A DNA stretch of 64,000 nt from Octopus sinensis (GCF_006345805.1 NC_043005.1:76136001-76200000), one strand, 5' to 3'. Counted from the stretch's first letter, positions 50,930 through 63,728 are shown. The notes: a model not told the origin generated them from the letters alone. Program-made: numbers and translations.

Positions 50930-51569
50930 ACACAAACACACACACACACACACACATTTTTTTAAAGGTGTTTTGTTGATTTTAGTCAGGAATATTGATT
51001 TCTTTTATTGGCACACCGCCAAGCATTTGTTAAGGAGTTTTGTTTATAATTGAATCAATTCCAATAAAAGACTTGTACTTTAACGATGCATTGTGAACAT
51101 AAACCAGAGGGGTTGCACTTAGTACGTAGAAGTGAGAAACTAAACAGGTAAGGATTGTGCTCCAGTGGTCTACTTTTCCTGCTAATTTCCTGGTTTTTGT
51201 CTACGTTAGGCTATTGTGGCCAGGTGTAGTTATATCCTCTACCAGTAACATGTAACCCAGTATAATGTGTGTAATTGTCAGGTGGTTGGCGACTAAACCC
51301 TCAACCTCTTCCAATTTACTTGGTAAAGAGGATGTAAGTGTACTTGGTAGAATTTTAAATAAACGCGTCAAAGAGCGGAAGTGCTTAATCCTGAGAAGTC
51401 GACGGCAATTTATACATAGAGAAGTGATAGATACGATAACGTTATCTATCTGTTGAAACCTCTTTAGGTTACAGATTTTGGATAAGGGAGCTAGTTCTTT
51501 TTTATTGTAGAGATTAGAGGTATAATCTGCCTTTTATCCAATTATAGGTCTATCTATATTAAACATTTA

Positions 51570-51881
51570 TTTATTTATGCACCCTTTTCAAGCCCAGCCA
51601 GGCTCATGGACCCGGTTTCCCGGATACTGTGGTGTATGTGTTCACCCCAGCTGGACAGGACGCCAGTCCATCGCAGCGTTACTCAAGAAACATGAAGAAA
51701 GAGTGAGAGAAAATTGGGGCGAAAGAGTACAGCAGGGGTCGCCACCACCCCCTGCCAGAACCACGTGGAGCTTTAGGTGTTTTCGCTCAATAAACAGACA
51801 TAACGCCCGGTCTGGGAATCGAAACCGCGATCCTCCGACCGCGAGTCCGCTGCCCTAACCACTGGGCCATTGCGCTTCCAC
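51570..51881 (-). mobile_element. SINE family C, full length, with TSD
   Basis: ATATTAAACAT at 51556-51566 and 51883-51893; (TAAA)n tail. Confidence 0.9.
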
Positions 51882-53078
51882 CATATTAAACATAGATCGT
51901 TAAAAGTTTCACTAAGTAACTCACACCTTCACATAGAACTTCTACAGTTGCACCATATTATTCCTAAATGAGTGGATTTATGGTAAAAGCACTTAAGCTG
52001 TGACCATCACCTCTTTTTTATTCAGACGGAGTGCAATCGGGACCACTTTGTCTAACGTGTACAGTTCGTCTAGCGTGATTTTTGTAGAGTGATTTGAGGA
52101 TGATTTGATTGCTACTTCTGGCAGGGGGAACAATTACGTAGAAGCTCCCACGAATTTTTACTGTGACTGAATCTGATAGGAACTCATACCACTCTATTTT
52201 ACAATATTCGTTGGATTGGGACACAAGTCGTTCATCAGCTATTTAGAGGTGGGTATAGATAACATATGACACTTAACACACAACTTCTAGTGTTTCCAGT
52301 TCTCCGAGCTGTTTCGGCCCCATACAACAGTCAACAGCAACATTCTACAATTTGTCTAAACTAGTCATGGAAAACAGAGGAAGGCAATCAATCAAAGGCG
52401 TCTGTAAAAATTCTATAATCGGTTGACCAGTGCTAAATTCATAAGAGTTGACTCACCTTGAGGTTTAAATTTTAACATTCGATTCACTGAGCTACAAAAC
52501 TGTTATCTACAGATTCTGTATAAATGATTCATTAAAATATCGCTTCTACAGGAGATGTAGGTTTGTGCCCCACAGACAGCCTTTGACTCTTTCTGCCCCA
52601 AAGGGTTTTTTCAACCTGATATTTACATGCCATTATGTATAGCTTTATATGTACTTCGAGAATCAATTCCAAGAAATAATTATTAATGATACACTTTTGG
52701 AATCATAAGAAACAGCTGATAATCTATGCCAAGAAAATCGCTATAATATAAAGATTTTAGAGATCGATAAAGTTAATTTCTCATGAGAATTGTAGATTAT
52801 AACGAGTTTGTCTAAAACTAATAAAATTTAAGCTAAAGCTGTGGGATTGATTTGGTGGGAGAGAGAAGTTGCCAAGTGAGGAGTGTTATGTGTGGGCGAG
52901 GAGCCTAGGATACGAGATGAAGAAATGAAAAGACTGGACAAATAGGAAGATATATATATCCTTCACATGCATACGAACACACACACACACACATACACAT
53001 ACACCCACATGCGCACGTATACACACATGCATACACACACGCACAAAAAAAGAAATAGATTTAATTTAAGAAGTTTGA

Positions 53079-53385
53079 GTGGAGGCGCAATGGCTCAGTG
53101 GTTAGGGCAGCGGACTCGCGGTCGGAGGATCTCGGTTTCGATTCCGGAGGATCTCGGTTGTGTATGTTTATTGAGCGAAAACACCTAAAAAAAGCTCCAC
53201 GAGGCTCCGGCAGAGAGTGGTGGCGACCCCTGTTGTACTCTTTCGCCCCAACTTTCTCTCACTCTCTCTTCCTTTTCCTTGAGTAACGCTGCGATGGACT
53301 GGCGTCCCGTCCAGTTGTGGGGAACACATACGCCACAGAAACCAGGAATCCGGGCCCATGAGTCTGGCTAGGCTTGAAAAGGGTT
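53079..53385 (+). mobile_element. SINE family C, full length, with a short internal duplication
   Basis: TGGAGGCGCAATGGCTCAGTGGTTAGGGCAGCG; GGAGGATCTCGGTT occurs twice; tail GCGATGGACTGGCGTCCCGTCCAG..GCTTGAAAAGGG. Confidence 0.9.
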
Positions 53386-54052
53386 TTTTAAAAAAGAAGT
53401 TAGAAGAAACTGAAAAGAGGAGGGTATAACCAGGTTATTAGGTATGAAACATCAAACAGCCACAAAGTTACAGCTGTGTTGATAAGTATCGTGACAGGAG
53501 GATCTGATAATGATAAAGGTGAGAATCAGAATACGCAATTACATACAGGTATTCACTTAAACCTACAACCGTTCAATAGAAATATAAACAAAGGCATTTA
53601 AGTACTCTTGCACTCCCCTTGCTACCATCACGACGAAAACACTTTACTAATTTCATGAAAATAATATTAAAATAAATAAATTTACACCATAAAGAAGAGA
53701 TTAATTAACACGCATAAATATTAAGCGGTCAACTGAATTGGTTGCACCGGTGGCAGAGTTATTCAATTGTACGGTGTGATGACGTCATAAACTGACCGAG
53801 TAGATCTCTTTTCAGAGTCCAACAAAAACGTTAACAACCGGTGCAGACCAGATCGCGTTCATTACTGACCACAGTTCCTAGTTATATGAAGTAAATTAGC
53901 CGTATAATCGACCAGTATTTCGCGGGTATACTTTTCTGAGATCAAATTCTTAAGGCAACATAAAAGATAAATGCCTTTAGTTAGAAATACAACAGTTTAT
54001 TTGACAGGATTAAATATTTTCTGGATTAAAATGTTCAATCAGTGCATTTTAG

Positions 54053-54095
<43 letters not shown>

Positions 54096-54683
54096 TTAAG
54101 TCAGTCCATTTATAATACTGATAATATTTTATTGTTCTTACTGTCATAAAAGGTAAATTTGATTTTCGTCAAACTAAACAAAGCCATGCATTTATTCTGG
54201 TTTGTCTCTCTTATCAAAATTCTCATTTCATTTCTGAATTGACTCCTTTTGACCTGGATGTGAACACTATCTTTGTTGGAGAGGTAGAGAAAATAGGAAG
54301 TGCGACGGTCATGTCTTTCCTATAAAACATTATTGATGCATGTTTTAAGTTAGACTACTTCAATAGTAGAGCGAACCACTGTCATCGTCTCAATTTCTTG
54401 GTTGTTTATATTTTTCTGTCGTTTTTCCTCTCTCTCTAGGATATTATACCTAATTTACAAAAAAAGCTTTCCTAGAATTTGTAACCTTTCTGGTTTTCAT
54501 GGTTACAGTGTCTATAGTAACATATATAAGGCTAAGAAACGACAAAAGAAATAATTTCTAACAAATGAAATCGCTATGGAGTTGAGTGATTTATTACTTT
54601 GCAATCTGTAAAACACTTAAGCACTTAAGACATTCTAAGTATGTTTTTATGGGAGCTCAGAGAGAAAGGGAATGCAGATAACA

Positions 54684-54715
<32 letters not shown>

Positions 54716-55086
54716 AAGAGATACCAAACAGAAATTCACAGCATTCAATTAGATAGGTTTTAGTTGTTGCTTATCATGTAAATATATCTTAAACTCTGGA
54801 TTTCAGATTGAAATATCTGTAGCTTTGGTAGATATAAATGAAAGAGAGAGCGCGGGAGTGAAAGAAAGAAAGAGAGAGAGAGAGAGGGGGGAGAGGGAGA
54901 GAAAGGTAGAGAAGGAGAGAGAGTGTATATGGCAGGTGTAAAAAACATCTAAGAGATCAAAGATTCATATTTGATTATTTGTATAGTTAATAAACTTAAC
55001 TATCAATGGTCCAGTACATCTCGATGAACTTAAGAACTCCAACTCGGTAAGCAATTTCCCGTATGGGTATTACTTTACCAAGATTA

Positions 55087-55605
55087 CCGTAAATCCTCGC
55101 GTATAATCCGCATTTCCCCCAAAAAATTTAAAGGTCAAAATCCCTAGTGCGTACTATATACGAGGTTAAAAATGAAAAATATTTTCCAAGCAATGTCCGA
55201 GTCTCTATTTGCTATCTAGCAATGTTTATTCAGGCGTATTTTGTGATGTCGAACGCGAAAATAACTTAAGCTAAGCCTGAAAGCAATGAAGTCATAAAAG
55301 AATCATCCATAACTTGCAGTAAGCAACATTTATTAAAATAAAAGTATGCAGAACACAGAATAACGTAACAAAAACAATTTGCAAACATATTTACATTCCC
55401 ATATAACAGTTAAGAACATCACCGTTATTGTATTACGCATGCGCGGAAGTGTTTGTTCGACTAGGTGCTGCTGGCTTAATTACGCACGACTCAAGTCAGA
55501 GAAGGGGTGCGTATTATACACAAGGTTTAGGTTTTTCATAGGTACAGCCCTGCGTTTTATACTGCGTTTTATACTCAAGGGCAGACTATACTCGAAGATT
55601 TACGG
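55087..55605. mobile_element. Tc1/pogo-type MITE, 519 bp
   Basis: TA|CCGTAAATCCTCGCGTATAATCCGC ... GCAGACTATACTCGAAGATTTACGG|TA: ~25-bp imperfect TIRs and TA duplication. Confidence 0.85.
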
Positions 55606-58430
55606 TACCTCAGGCATTAAACTGCCAAAATCATATTTATATAGCAGATGTTTATGCTTTAGGACAGATTGAATAACTGGTACTCCGTCGATTACGAGGA
55701 TGAGTATTCCAGTGGGGAATAAATAAATAAATTGCATCTCTGGTGTGATTTCTAGCTAAGCCAGAAATCACATCACGTCTTTCCGAAGGAGACGCTTGTC
55801 TGTCATCAGATTAACTACCCAGCTATTACTGGAACTCTTCAATTTCTCTGTTGATGCTCTTGTGGAGGGTAGGCTTGAATGTCACAACGCTACTTTCATC
55901 TCTATCAATCTGAAATGAATTGTATGTATAGAAGTTAACAAATATGCTTGCCAGCTCTTGAATTTAGTCCATACATAGACGGGCCAACTAGGGAGCATCT
56001 ACCTGGTCGTATCGCTGGATCTGCTAAAAATATAAGCAATTCTCTCTCCAGTCGTATCCAAATATATTAGAAAGAACGAGCACATTGGATGATATAATCC
56101 TAAATATATTATGTCTGAATAAAATACAAAATTGTAACAGCTGAAACATCTTTATCAGAAACCTGTCAGATCAGTCTGAGTTGGGGAAACATGGATATAT
56201 TTATAGGATCGTTTGAATAGGTACAAGACCTTCCATTTTTATTTTTAGATGAGAAATGGGGTGTTTAATATCTTTATCAAGGGTGTAATTGGCCTTTGTA
56301 AAAGGGAACACTGTAAAGATCTCAGTTGAGAAAGAACTTATTGGTTTATCTTGTTTTACTTGCAATTATCTATCGTGATATTCGTGTCTTTTAGTTAAAA
56401 AAACAAAAGAAGAATGTTCTTTCCATGCCTTTTTTCGATCTGGAAGATAGAACTGATAGAACATGTTTTTTTGAGCTAAAATTAAGCAAGCGTTATTCCG
56501 TTAAATATATAAAAAAAAATAGAATTCATGTTCAAGTTTATTTTTACTGAAAGTAAAATCCATTTAAATTTATATTTTAGAACTTTTTTTTATATGTTTT
56601 CTGATTCGGCTTACATTTCTGCTTGTCGTTTAAGTTTAAGAAAATATCGTTATTTGAAGTTATGGTTAATCTGAAAATAAAATAAATGAATAAACAAAAA
56701 GAAAATAAAAGAAAATAAAAGGAAATTATGCCACTTTGAATTTAAACTACCATTTAAAAAAAATTTAGTCATAAGCAGAAGTATAATTGAATATCTAAAA
56801 TCAGAACAAAGGGTTAAAGAAAAAAAAAAGAGGGTATATTTTCTGATAGAGAAATGCAATATTAAAACATTCATTCGTTTTCCAAAGATGTTACCAACGG
56901 GGGTGAAGTGAATTTTCGTCTGACGAGATTCGAAACAGGCTTCTATTCGTTAGCAGCTTATTGCATATTATTCCGTAGCATTCGATATACGAAATTAATG
57001 CGTTTGGTTTGATTGAGAATGAATCTGAAACAAAAGGCATGAATCACAAAAATCCAGAGAAAGCTACTTATCTTCAGATTTCGTTGTATTAACCAGATGA
57101 GAGATACATTTCAGGTAGTTAGGACATTAGTATTTCACGGGTACCTCTTTTCGAATCACCAAATGCCCTCACCATTGCAACGAAGAAGCCCCTATGACAT
57201 CCCTCGATCTGCAAGAAATGGCAACCACATCTACTTCATATCACACCTCATCTTACATATAAAAGGGGCTTGGAAAACAAACAAACAAACAAACAAGACA
57301 AAAGAAATGACAGGATGATCACGACTGGGATACATTTTATCAAAAGTCTGTTTGATTAGTGTTGATCTGGGACTGAAAAATAAGAAAAAAAAAAGAAAAG
57401 AAGAAAAAGAAGTCTCTCATCATTTAGAATCTTCCATCTGAATTGTCACATTTAGAACCGGTACCAACTCAGATCAAAGTGAACTCAGGTGTGACTAGCT
57501 TCAAGCAATAGTTACGATATACACAATACGATGTCTATGATAAGGTAAGAACCACCGACTACAGATTTGGACAATAACGTTCTCCATCTAGAATAAAAAG
57601 ATAAAGGACGAGAATAGCCGTTGTTGAGAAGAAAGAGGTAGCTTACGTTTGTCATGAACCCCAAAAGTTATAAAGCAGGAGCTTAACCCGATTTTCAGAA
57701 TGTATAAGTGAGATTTACAACATTCCTCTCTGAATGAGACGCCGGTCCGTTGCAGCATTATCTTCTCAGCTATTGCTGGAACACATTTACTGTTGAATGG
57801 TCTGGAGAATTGTGAAATGAAGTGTTTTGCTCAAGAACACAACTCACCTCTCGGTACGAAAATAGATACTAGGGTTAGTGGGACAGAATTTGACAAAAGA
57901 TATAAAAAAAAAATCTCCACTGAAAACGGGACACGAACTGATGATGTTTCGACTGGATGTTTTCGTATATTTCCATCTGATTGACTGTGTTCACACATTA
58001 TCCAGCGAGCTATTATGCGGTTGCGCAACCTGCTACAAGTGGGAGCCAGATCTCTCAACGAACACCCTGCAGTCTTGAAATACAAAAAAAGAACATTAAA
58101 AGATATATACTCCTAGATACAGTATTTTTACAAACAAAGCAATGTAGCTACATTTGGAAAATCCTTTGATCATATATATTTGCTCGATCGGGGCTGACTT
58201 TGGGTGAAACAACCATAACAGCATCAAACATAACTACAGGGAAATCAAATCCCATTTTGTATTTATATTTAGATGAATTATTTATTGGCGCGTCCTGTTG
58301 ATGCAATATTGATTTTATCGGCTGAATTGGGAAGAGACAATATGACGCGGGTTACTTGCGGTATTTTGTAAATAAATTTTGGTGTCATCGAAACAAATGT
58401 GTTTGTTATAAATGGTATTACGTATTCAGT

Positions 58431-58743
58431 GAAAGCGCGTGGTTTAGTAGTTCAGGTATTCAACTCACGGTCGTGAGTTCGATTCCTGGCGGCGCGTTGT
58501 GTCCTTGAGCGAGACACATTATCTCACGTTGCTCCAGTTCATTCAGCCGACAAAAATGAGTTGTACCTGTATTTCAAAGGGTCAGCCTTATCGCATTCTG
58601 TGTGACGCTGAATCTTTTTGATAACTACGTTAAGGTTACGCGTGTCTGTGGAGTGTGCAACTACTTGCTTGTTAATTTCACGAACAAGTTGTTCCGTTGA
58701 TCGGACCGACTGGAACACTCCATCGTATTCGACGGAGTGTCAG
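58431..58743 (+). mobile_element. SINE family E, full length
   Basis: GAAAGCGCGTGGTTTAGTAG..GTGTCCTTGAGCGAGACAC..GACGGAGTGTCAG. Confidence 0.85.
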
Positions 58744-58884
58744 TACATATACAGTAGTAATAAGAGAAGGTAAAACATGGCCTAATGTTTAAAGCAGCTG
58801 CTTTGCAATCACGAGCTCCTAAATTCGATCCCACCCTGCGGAATCTTAGGCAAGTTTAAAAAAAAATTATTATAGACTCAAATA

Positions 58885-59355
58885 AGGCTGCAAGCTAGTA
58901 GAATCGTTAGCGTGTCGGACAAACTGCTTAAGGGCATTACTTACGGCCTATGTTCTGAGTTCAAGTTCCGCCGAGATCGACTTTGCTTTTCATCTTTCCG
59001 GGGTCGATAAAATAAGTCAAGTTATTGGGGTTGGTGTAATCGAGTAGCTCCCTCCCCACTAATTTTAGGCCTTGTGTCTATAATGGAAAGGCCTTGTGTC
59101 TATAATTTTAGGCCTTGTGTCTATTGAGGTTGTTAAGGCGGTGAGCTGGTAGAATTACTAACACGTCGGAGAAAATGCTTTGCAGCATTTCTTCCGGCTT
59201 TACGGTCTGAGTTCAAATTCCACGCAGTCGACTGTACATTTCGTCCCTTCGGAGTCGATAAAATAAGTACCAGTTGAGTACTGGGGGTCGATGTAATCGA
59301 CTATCCGCCAACCACTCAAATTTTCAGGTCTTGTGCTTATGGGAAAAGAGATTAT
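58885..59355 (+). mobile_element. Two adjacent SINE family A variants
   Basis: Heads at ~58885 and ~59134; the first has AGGCCTTGTGTCTAT three times at 59066-59124. Confidence 0.8.
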
Positions 59356-60224
59356 ATACACGTTAATGGTATGGATAGGCACAGCAGGATCGAATGTTTA
59401 AGAAGATTATTTTGCAATCACGAGATCTCAGGTTCGTTTCCACCACGTAGTATATTGGACTAATGGTTTTATTATAGCCGCAAATGATAAAAACCTTGAG
59501 AATGGAATTGGGGGAGATGGAAACTGTGTGGAAGCCCATCGGATGGATTGTATGAAAATATGAGCTACCAATAGTTTCAGGCTCCTCTGAAGATTACTGG
59601 GAGACACAAGGCCTTTTTAAAAAACTTGAGTAGACCCGCGTCTCCAAAGCAAGAGAATATTCGTAACTCGTCTTTATACTGTGTACATTAAATTATATGA
59701 GTGTGTGTATACACAAAGTGAGTGAGAGAGAAAGAGAGAGGGGTGGTAGGAATAACCTATAACTACTTATGAGACTAACCGTGTTGTTCTTTAGTTCGAT
59801 CTGAGGGGAGAGAACTGTAATTTACCAACGAGTTCTTTACAAAACGATGTTGAATGTAAGTTTATCATACTTAGGCGCATAAATTTACTTGGAATTTTAA
59901 ACATTGATGTTCATGCATATTTTATTAGGACGATACTAATTGTCATTACTCGAGACATTCCGCTTGTCCGGACGACAACTATTCAATAATAACGGAAAAT
60001 TTAGTAGACGCTAATAGAAGATGGGAGAAAAAATACGTACACATCTCCTTGGCTGAGTAAGCTCTCACGTTATAACACGCGAAATATACCGTGATTCAGC
60101 AAAATTCCTCTTTCCAATATGATACAACTGTGCGTGAGTTTCTGAACAGAGAATTGTTCCACAGATGGATAGAGCGAAAAGGGCCAGTTGAGTGGTCAAC
60201 ACAATCACCAGACATCATCTCAAT

Positions 60225-60642
60225 GGGCGCAGGAGTGGCTGTGTGGTAAGTAGCTTGCTTACCAACCACATGGTTTCGGGTTCAGTCCCACTGCGTGGCA
60301 TCTTGAGCAAGTGTCTTCTACTATAGACTCGGGCCGACCAAAACCTTGTGAATTGATTTGGTAGACGGAAACTGAAAGAAGCCCGTCGTATATATGTATA
60401 TGTGTTTGTGTGTGTGTGTGTGTGTGTGTTTGTGTGTCCATGTTTGTCCCCCCACAACATCGCTTGACAACCGATGCCGGTGTGTTTACCTCCCCGTAAC
60501 TTAGCGGTTCAGCAAAAGAGACCGATAGAATAAGTACTAGGCTTACAAAGAATAAATAAGTCCTGGGGTCGATGTGCTCGACTAAAGGCGGTGCTCCAGC
60601 ATGGCCGCAGTCAAAAATGACTGAAACAAGTAAAAGAGTAAA
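60225..60642 (+). mobile_element. SINE family B, full length
   Basis: GGCGCAGGAGTGGCTGTGTGGTAAGTAGC...ACTGAAACAAGTAAAAGAGTAAAA. Confidence 0.9.
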
Positions 60643-61184
60643 ATAATAATGGGCATTTTTGAGGTCAATGTCCCAAGATGAAACATTTTCTACAAAACCA
60701 TGCGGTGTTGATAACTTGCTTCATTTCAGAAAAGAAACAAAGCAAGATATTGAAGTTAATAAAGAATTCGATGTACTTTGTGAAGAAGCTGGACATCAAG
60801 AGTGTGTAAATATCGTTGGCTGGCAATTTAAGCACTAAAGAGATTATACTTGATTGTAATTTGCGAACTTAAACACGCGTATTGTCTTTAATTGTTGTAA
60901 GTATGTAATTCTTATTGTGATTTAACAAAGCCACTCTAATAAGCATAACTTTTTAATTATCTGCAGATTTGTTTTCATTATAGAAGCTGCATACCTAATT
61001 GACGTATTATTATGGAAACAAATCTCTGTGTGTGTGTGTATAGTTGACTCTTGCTACTCGTTAGCTTTTTTAAACGGCTGGTAACTCTCATTTGCAAAGT
61101 ATTTTTTTTATACTTCAGCATTAAGAAAATGCTTTGATTCCACATGGTATAATAATTCGAACGTAAGGCTGGTAGTTTTGATGG

Positions 61185-61335
61185 GAGGTAACAACTCGAT
61201 TACATCGATCTCGAATGGATGAAAGGCAAAGTCGACGATGGCGGAATTTGAACCCAGGTCGTGAAGAGCCAGACGAAATCTCCTTTAGCCTCCTTTTGTC
61301 CGATGTGCTGATGATTCTGCCAGCTTGACCACCTT
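61185..61335 (-). mobile_element. SINE family A variant, diverged
   Basis: GGATGAAAGGCAAAGTCGAC..GGCGGAATTTGAACCC on the plus strand. Confidence 0.7.
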
Positions 61336-61932
61336 AAGAATCCAATAATAATGAATGAAAAGAAAAATAAAGAAAAATAAGCCAATAGAGGAATGTGTGG
61401 TCGTTTGACCTGCTAGAAATACTAGTCAAATCTATCTCAAACGTTTACCATACCGTCTATAAAAAAAAAGGAACACATGCGATAATATCGTTCTTGATTA
61501 AATACAAGACATGACCACAACTGGAACACCTTCGATCATACATTTCATCGATCAGGGTTGATAATTTGCATATAAGTTTAATTCCCTGCATAAGTATAAC
61601 TAGACGGAGAAGACTTAGACATGAAGCATTGTGGGAAGACTACCGTCTGCAGCATCCTCATTATGGTTCTCTAGATTTTGGGACACACCATATTTTTTAA
61701 TGTCGCATATCAGGAGTTAACGGAGGGTCCATTTCGCATTTGTTTGACCATCTAGAAGTAGCAGTAAATCTTCATAAAATCCCATTCTACCGTCTTAAGA
61801 AAAGAAAGAAAACATCTGCTAATGAATAATCTATCATACCACTTGAACAGATAGGATTGTTACGACTAGAATACGTTTGATCATTGGGTTACTCGAACAG
61901 GACTGACCTAAGTTTAACCGACAGCAACAACA

Positions 61933-62300
61933 GGGTGGGGGCGCAATGGCCCAGTGGTTCCTACTTCTGCCACAAAGCAAAGAAACCATGGTGTAACTCA
62001 CTATGGTGTGGTAAACGTTCAGACCCTAGTCCAGATTGCGAATCCTCTGTACCCCAGGACGGTTCAGCTCCCCACCCGTTAAAAGCCACCGTTTACGGAA
62101 TGAGGATAACAACTTAGCTTTCACGCCCGTGCAACCGCCGGTCTATCGCGTGTGGTGGGTGGATCTTCAAGATGCTACACGTATTCTTAGTCGCTTAGAG
62201 TAGGCTCGAATTAGAGGCTATTCTTTGTGGCTAATGGCGTGAGTCCTGATTGAAAGAAGAAGGAGGAGGAGGAGAAGCAGGAGAAGAAGAAGAAGAAGAC
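61933..62300 (+). mobile_element. SINE family C, (GAA)n-tail type, internally deleted
   Basis: GGGGCGCAATGGCCCAGTGGTT is joined directly to CCTACTTCTGCCACAAAG; the remainder aligns with 3196-3490. Confidence 0.85.
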
Positions 62301-63460
62301 AGCAGCATTTCTTAGTATATTCCAAGCAATTCCTTTGAATTAGCTTGCCTCAATTTAGCAGGATTACTAGTTATTTCTGTTGTTCACTAGCGCAAGAAAT
62401 AACTAACTCTATTTGACGACACATTATCAAAAGGTTGTATTAACGGGTACACTGGCCTGTGAACTTTTAAGAGATCTGTGAATTTTTAAATAAGTAAATT
62501 AGTGGCTTCGACCGTGTAAGGAACTCTGTTTCTCAGAAGGTAATCACCATCTTGCTCTTGGATGGAGAACCTAAAGCTTCGATCAGTTTAACTCCACTGT
62601 TTTAGCCTTAAACTCCTTTAGCCGAGTCTAATCTGTTATAAGCACTTGAATCATTTTCCTATCCTTCTATCAATCTCGGCGTCTTTGAAAATAGCCAAGT
62701 GTACAACCGTTCTTCTTCTGAGTAGCTATCAAAAAATAAAAGAATAACAACAACGTATCTTGTATCCAGGGTGGGTCATTATGCAAATGATGATAAACAC
62801 ACGCACAAACTCGATTTCACGCCTTTCTTGTTAGTCAGTTGGTTTATTACTTAGCCAATTAACTAAGCGCTTGTGTTTAATTTGTTGATTAAACAATCAA
62901 TCAGTTATTTATCAAAGTTCTTTCGCTTAGTTAGTTGGTTAGGTAACGAACCAATCGACTTACATTAAAAGAGTGAAATCGAACCAGTGCACGCGTTTAT
63001 TATTATTAGCGTTATGAACCTCCTTAGATACAACAAAATTTGTTCCAACACACAAGTTCACGACATGTGTCTTGCAAACCAAATACAAAACTGAAATGAA
63101 GTATCTCTTCATTCTTGATAATTTCTTTTAAATTCAACGTGAATTTTGCTGCTGTTTTTCGCTACCAGACAACGCTTTCTCACTTTAAGTGATGTGTGTT
63201 CGTTACAAACGGGACTCACCCATTCACCGGTGTAAAGGGACTTGGGACTTCAAGAGACAGCAGTGCTTCGACCTCACTCTGTGTCTGTTCTGTCGAAGGT
63301 ATTTTACAGCTAGACCGATGAATCTCAAAAGTGCATCAGCTCTGGTTTATAGGAACCAGCAAACAAGTTGTTTGCTGATTCATGCAGTGGTCGACCAAAC
63401 AGATAAAAATTCATAGGGTGCATGCAGAGCAGCGAGAATCCCAGATATAATATATATATA

Positions 63461-63647
63461 TAAAGTATAGAAGCCATCTTATCATGGCTAACCACATTGG
63501 GGAGGGGGTGTTACTGTAGCTTTATAGCCCCAAGAGATCTTCGTCTCTCTAGAGCCAGCTAGAGACGAAGATCTCTTGGGGCTATAAAGCTACAGTAACA
63601 CCCCTCCCCAATGTGGTTAGCCATGATAAGATGGCTTCTATACTTTA
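63461..63647. repeat. Near-perfect long inverted repeat (88/87-bp arms, 12-nt spacer)
   Basis: 63461-63548 is the reverse complement of 63561-63647 except for one G indel; spacer CTAGAGCCAGCT. Confidence 0.95.
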
Positions 63648-63688
63648 CATTATCGAGCGATTACTGTTTCAATCTCATTCTGAGATTT

Positions 63689-63728
<40 letters not shown>

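Noticed and set aside
56915-56990. CTGACGAGATTCGAAAC as a hammerhead, or the reverse strand as tRNA-Ser(GCT)
   Set aside because: There is no stem III/UH for the former and no D or acceptor stems for the latter.
62780-62788. Octamer ATGCAAAT sites
   Set aside because: Expected by chance in AT-rich DNA; no snRNA-type promoter context.
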